From NCBI GenBank assembly GCA_958296135.2, contig CATQHZ020000001.1, positions 832,001 through 896,000 of the forward strand: a stretch of 64,000 bases of DNA, read 5' to 3'. The stretch comes from an uncultured Poribacteria bacterium. Its GTDB lineage: Bacteria > Poribacteria > WGA-4E > WGA-3G. How positions within the stretch are numbered: the stretch's first letter is position 1; each line of letters opens with the position of its first letter. Shown in pieces: positions 59,664 to 64,000 of the stretch. The notes beneath the pieces are model-generated. The model was not told the origin of the DNA, made no database searches, and worked only from the letters and a program-made list of their open reading frames with translations. The position numbers and the translations under genes were made by a program.

Positions 59664-61241
59664 ATGACGAAGTTCGCGTTTTTATGGTGCGTTATCGTGA
59701 TGGCTGTGGGGTTTTCCTCCTGCGATAGAATCCAGCAGGTGATGGCTCCGGATGCACCTCCGATGATGGAGGATACCGGTGAGCCAATTCGCATTGGGTT
59801 GGCTGTGCCTCTGACAGGTGCGTTTGAGTCAACCCTCGGTCTGGTGCTGAAAAGGGGGGCTGAGTTGGCGCTTGAGGAGCTTAACGCTCTCCATGGGGGA
59901 GTCGCGACATTCACCTTTGTGATTGAGGACAACCAAAGCACGCCGATGGGTGGCGTTGCGGCTTACACGAGACTGATTGAAGAGTACGGCGTGACAGCCA
60001 TCCTCGGTCCGACGACTTCCACCGTGGTTAGCGCGGTGTTTCCGGTTGCGCAAGAGAATGGTGTCGTGGCCTTAAGTCCGACTTCCGCTGCGCGTGGTCT
60101 GAGCGCGCTAGGCGAGTTCCTCTTCCGCAACAGCCTTACCGTGGACAGACTTATCCCCGGTGGCGTTGCCGAAACGCGGGAGAAATTGGGTTATCAGCGC
60201 GTGGTGACTGTCTATGATAGTGCCGATGTTTTCTCGCGGAGTAGCGATGAAGTGTTGCAAGAGACACTGCAGGAGAACGGCGTTGAGATTCTCGCCACGG
60301 AAACCTTTGAACTTGGGGATAGGGATTTTTCGGCGCAGTTGGCGCGGATAAAAGCTCTTAATCCTGATGCGATTTTTATTTCTGCGCAAACGACGGAGGC
60401 GACAGATGTGATTATCCAAGCGCGCCAGATGGGGATTTCGGTTGAAGTGCCGTTTATTTCCACTCTCACGGTGACTATCAGTGAGATAGAACGCGCTGCT
60501 GGTGCTGCTGAGGGGACAATCGCGTTCACGAGTTGGAGTAGCACAGCGGATACGCCCGGCAATCAGGAATTCGTTGCGAGTTATCGCGCGAAATACGGTG
60601 ACGAACCGAACGTCTTCGCGGCGCAGTCGTATGCTGCAGTCTACATTTTAGCAAAAGCGATTGCCGATGCAGGTTCGGCAGATGCTGCTGCCATCCAACA
60701 GGCGATGGCGAACATCAAAGATTTTGACACGGTGTTGGGCAAGTTCTCCTTTGACGAGAACGGGGATGGGGTTTACATGCCGGTCACGCTGATTGTGAAA
60801 GATGGCAAGTTGGAGGCTTTCAGCGAGGTGGAGGTGGCCGCAGCCGAGCAGGGAGAAGAACCCCGAGATCATCTCTGGGTAGTCAACCAGGACGGTGTTG
60901 AGGTGGCGGTGCCGGGCACGTGGGAGCTCATCTCGACGACGCATCCGAATTCCGTCTTTACCGTTGGGGACACCTTCACTTTGCCGCCGGCGTTGCCGCA
61001 CAAGGTGATGCAAACGGATGGTGTCTATACAGATAGTGAGGGGCGGCTTTGGACGATGGGGCATGTCATGCTTGCGGATGATTCGCGGTTCAAGTTCCTG
61101 GAGTGGGTGGACATGAGTGTCTCTCCGATGCAGCTGCATATCATTTTCAGAACCGATGCCGAGGGTGTGCCGTTGCTAGAGTATGGGACAGAGCCGTTTG
61201 ATGCGCCGGGACACGACGTGCAGGTTTGGGAGAGGCAGTAG
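59664..61241 (+). CDS. Branched-chain amino acid-type (LivJ-like) substrate-binding lipoprotein with extra C-terminal domain
   Basis: Lipobox FSSC, IRIG...PLTG, ED..S, AILGP..S, DFSAQL, G..SFDENGD; ~135 aa tail; no permease adjacent. Confidence 0.88.
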   Translation: MTKFAFLWCVIVMAVGFSSCDRIQQVMAPDAPPMMEDTGEPIRIGLAVPLTGAFESTLGLVLKRGAELALEELNALHGGVATFTFVIEDNQSTPMGGVAAYTRLIEEYGVTAILGPTTSTVVSAVFPVAQENGVVALSPTSAARGLSALGEFLFRNSLTVDRLIPGGVAETREKLGYQRVVTVYDSADVFSRSSDEVLQETLQENGVEILATETFELGDRDFSAQLARIKALNPDAIFISAQTTEATDVIIQARQMGISVEVPFISTLTVTISEIERAAGAAEGTIAFTSWSSTADTPGNQEFVASYRAKYGDEPNVFAAQSYAAVYILAKAIADAGSADAAAIQQAMANIKDFDTVLGKFSFDENGDGVYMPVTLIVKDGKLEAFSEVEVAAAEQGEEPRDHLWVVNQDGVEVAVPGTWELISTTHPNSVFTVGDTFTLPPALPHKVMQTDGVYTDSEGRLWTMGHVMLADDSRFKFLEWVDMSVSPMQLHIIFRTDAEGVPLLEYGTEPFDAPGHDVQVWERQ

Positions 61242-61469
61242 ACTTGTCTGGCGCAGGAGACCGAACCCGAAGTTCTATCGTTACCGTAGGGCGAGGGTCT
61301 GTCCCTTACCCTGCTTCGGTAAGAAAAATCATTTTGCATTTTATGCAAATTTGTGATAAAATTGAAGTCGAGACGCGGGAGATTTCTCCTACATCGTGAT
61401 AAAATTGAAGTAGACTATTGAGACACGGGAGGTTTCTCCTACATCTTGATTAAGGATAGGTGAGAGTTA

Positions 61470-62273
61470 ATGGCTACTCTGCAAAAGAGACTTGATTTCG
61501 CGAGGCCGCCTGTAGAGGAGGTGGTGCTGAGTGTGCTTTTCAATCCACTTGATAGACTGCTGGCACCGCACCTCGGTGAAATCTGGCAGGAATTTAAGAG
61601 GGACGGCTTTGTGCACATCGTAGAGCAGCCGCCGGTTGCTCCCGCGGTGGAAATCTTTCCGATTCCGGGGCAAGAGGCGCAGTTTCGTATAGGCAACGTC
61701 CCGGACCTCGCGCGGATTTTGTTTATACATAAAACCGACACCGAAATTATTCAGGTGCAGCGTGACCGGTTTACGTTCAACTGGCGTAAAGCAAGTCTGG
61801 ATCCAGTATATCCTGGGTTCTCGGCCATTTACGAGAAATTTGAAGGGGTTTATACCCGCTTTACCCAAACTGTCAAAAACATGCAAATCGGCGAAGTCAC
61901 TCCGTCGCAATATGAGTTAACCTACATCGATCAGCTCAGGCACGGGGAAGGGTGGGATACACTCGCTGACCTGGGGAAAATTTACAACATGTTTGTTGAT
62001 GCCCCTTGGGTTGGGGCAGAATCTGTCGATTTTCATGCTTCATTTCCTGTTGCGGATTTGCACGGCCGGTTACACGTTTCCATGGGTAATCGGATAAAGA
62101 TGCCCGAACAGACTCAGACATTACAAACCGATTTCACGGTGCGTGGTTTTCCAGAGGGTACGGAAGATGCTGTGATTGCGTGGTTTAAGTCAGCACGGGA
62201 CCAGATTCGCGAAAAATTCGCCAGTATGTTCTCTGACGACATCCAAACACGAATATGGGGGCGAAAAGAATGA
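61470..62273 (+). CDS. TIGR04255 family protein
   Basis: PPVEEVVLSVLF, R..F......IQVQ.DRF.FNWRK....YP.F, LTYI motifs. Confidence 0.75.
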   Translation: MATLQKRLDFARPPVEEVVLSVLFNPLDRLLAPHLGEIWQEFKRDGFVHIVEQPPVAPAVEIFPIPGQEAQFRIGNVPDLARILFIHKTDTEIIQVQRDRFTFNWRKASLDPVYPGFSAIYEKFEGVYTRFTQTVKNMQIGEVTPSQYELTYIDQLRHGEGWDTLADLGKIYNMFVDAPWVGAESVDFHASFPVADLHGRLHVSMGNRIKMPEQTQTLQTDFTVRGFPEGTEDAVIAWFKSARDQIREKFASMFSDDIQTRIWGRKE

Positions 62274-62797
62274 GTCAATCACAAGAGGAGATAAAATCGG
62301 AATTCATGGGAAGTCCTACTCGTCCTACGGTAACATCTTATTATCATAGGCTTCAAGTTCACGAGAACGTTCCTCAAATCGTTGGTAGCAAGTCGAAACG
62401 TGATGAGTCCTCCGCGGCCAGACTCAGTTTCACATGGTTGGGTGATGCCGCGCAACAACTGCAGGAAATCCGCTTGGAAGTTGAGGAAGCCTGCGAGTTG
62501 GATAGCGAAACCGAAGTCGTCCCAGAGTCGGCCTACGACGAAGCATATTTTCTGCTCAATGTGCTTCATCCTGTCATCCCGATGCCCGACATCATGTGGT
62601 TGGAAGATGGCGGCATCGGGTTTGAGTGGATAGCTCAGCGTGGGAAGGGCATTGGAACGATCAGTCTGTATGGTGACAATCGGGTCATCTATGGTATCTC
62701 TTTAGGAAACAGGCCTCGAGTCAAAGGGACCCGCGCCTTATCAGACCTTGCCGCTTTGGGTGACTGCTTTGCAGCGTTATTCTGTCTCTGTTCCTAG
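62270..62797 (+). CDS. Hypothetical protein translationally coupled to TIGR04255 gene
   Basis: ATGA overlap; low-complexity N-terminus, P.PD...EDGGI.FEW domain. Confidence 0.75.
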   Translation: MSQSQEEIKSEFMGSPTRPTVTSYYHRLQVHENVPQIVGSKSKRDESSAARLSFTWLGDAAQQLQEIRLEVEEACELDSETEVVPESAYDEAYFLLNVLHPVIPMPDIMWLEDGGIGFEWIAQRGKGIGTISLYGDNRVIYGISLGNRPRVKGTRALSDLAALGDCFAALFCLCS

Positions 62798-62930
62798 ACA
62801 TCACTGCTGCGTTCCCGATAACGGTAGCGCGGGACGAAATGCAACCGCTCTTCGACAGCGTCAATCTCGCAGCGTTATTGTGGATGCCTACACCCTTTTG
62901 ACACTTCACCGAAATCTAAGAGGACTTGAT

Positions 62931-63323
62931 ATGAACGTTTCACGGAATGAGAGACTCACACATTTTATCTTTTCTAAAAGTAATTTTTCTGTTGTGAACC
63001 AGAGAGTCAAGTATGGGGCTTTTATTCCGCAGAAAAGCAGTCCAGAAGAAATTTCTGTCTATTGCACCTCGTCACTTACTGAAATTCAAGTGTGGGCAAT
63101 CGGGGAGAAGTATGTCAGACGCGGCGACAGAACCATAAAAGCGCGAGCAGATCTTTCGGCAGGCGACGTTTATGAGATAGGACTTGAAGTCGTTCCAGTC
63201 CCACAACCTCATGAGTTACATGCCAACATCATCCCGATTCCTGTTGAAAAGGAAGACCGCAATGAAATATTAGAGAAACTTGCTGGTATCAGCAAATTGG
63301 TACTTGTCCCACCAGAAGTGTAG
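62931..63323 (+). CDS. Small hypothetical protein, possible ADP-ribosyltransferase/RES-like fold
   Basis: AAGAGG RBS before ATG 62931; AF.P...ISV...L.V...P...HANI pattern; fold is inference. Confidence 0.6.
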   Translation: MNVSRNERLTHFIFSKSNFSVVNQRVKYGAFIPQKSSPEEISVYCTSSLTEIQVWAIGEKYVRRGDRTIKARADLSAGDVYEIGLEVVPVPQPHELHANIIPIPVEKEDRNEILEKLAGISKLVLVPPEV

Positions 63324-63337
63324 GAGGAAATAACCGT

Positions 63338-64000
63338 ATGAATCATCGGGCTCACCTATCCAAAACGGAACACCACGAAACCGCAACGCGTCTCCTTGAA
63401 ACCCTTATCGGTGGCAAACTAGAAGATACCGTTGAAGATGCATCCACCCTTGAGACGTTCCTCAAGACGCTTCCCGCTGATTCGCTTGAACGTTACCTCA
63501 TCCCGCAGTGGGTAGTTCTCGCCGCGGGGAGAGGTACACGCATCGACCCGAGCGGGCGGTTAAGCAAGACATTAGACATTATGTTCGGCGCGCAGAATAC
63601 GCTCCAACTCTCTCGCCGCTATCTCCCCGGCAATCGGCCCCACATCGTCGTCATTAACCCACAGATGTCAGAACGCGAGGATACGCATCTGTTTGAGCCT
63701 GATGCAATTTTATGCGTTCAATCCGAAATGAACGGCACCGGGGGCGCGTTGCAAGCCGCTCTCCCCGAGATTCAGAAATCCGATGCAGCCTGCATAGGCG
63801 TTTCCTTCGGTGATGAACCTTTTTTAGAGAGAGCGATTTTCGTTCAAACTTTGCTCTCCCACTTTTTGTCTGGCGCGGATGTCACACTTTGCGGCAAGGT
63901 GCCAGAGACGGTTGTGGATAAAGGCGGGCTCTTTTTTGATACCGATGGCAGGCTCGTCTGCACTAAAGAGTGGTATGATATGACGGCGGCTGAGCAGGCA
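63338..64000 (+). CDS. Nucleotidyltransferase (GlmU-like NTP_transferase), runs off window end
   Basis: Hand translation: VVLAAGRGTR...SK, Q..MNGTGGAL, GDEPF; AGGAGG RBS. Confidence 0.82.
   Translation, partial: MNHRAHLSKTEHHETATRLLETLIGGKLEDTVEDASTLETFLKTLPADSLERYLIPQWVVLAAGRGTRIDPSGRLSKTLDIMFGAQNTLQLSRRYLPGNRPHIVVINPQMSEREDTHLFEPDAILCVQSEMNGTGGALQAALPEIQKSDAACIGVSFGDEPFLERAIFVQTLLSHFLSGADVTLCGKVPETVVDKGGLFFDTDGRLVCTKEWYDMTAAEQA

Overview
Bacterial chromosomal DNA, probably Candidatus Poribacteria. This is inferred from the C-terminal 'V.P..KL.TTWG.LK'-type tails, lamin-tail-domain (LTD) surface proteins, many TPR proteins and Gfo/Idh/MocA enzymes; no marker rRNA is present. Housekeeping genes (aroB, aroK, purH, ackA, hisD, murA, nfeD-nfeD-floA-floA) and sugar/sulfate catabolism genes alternate with large mosaic arrays of GTAG-type REP-like hairpins. 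The strongest unexplained signal is two paralogous LTD surface-protein loci (21909-25802, 52149-55637). Each lies between REP arrays and has the same 5' module: a consensus sigma70 promoter, a 54-56 codon leader ORF with a C10 tract just before its stop, and a terminator-like hairpin. In both loci a one-base change of the C tract extends the leader through the hairpin to stop right at the LTD gene's ribosome-binding site, suggesting a phase-variable or frameshift-controlled attenuator. Other points: a TIGR04255-X-ART-like triad with an orphan paralog of X, a four-gene DUF6754-like membrane cluster, an orphan DUF1156 methylase between duplicated promoters, a REP-truncated toxin and a SIS-TPR fusion. 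Family names come from motif recognition by eye, not database searches. No rRNA, tRNA, CRISPR array or transposase was seen.
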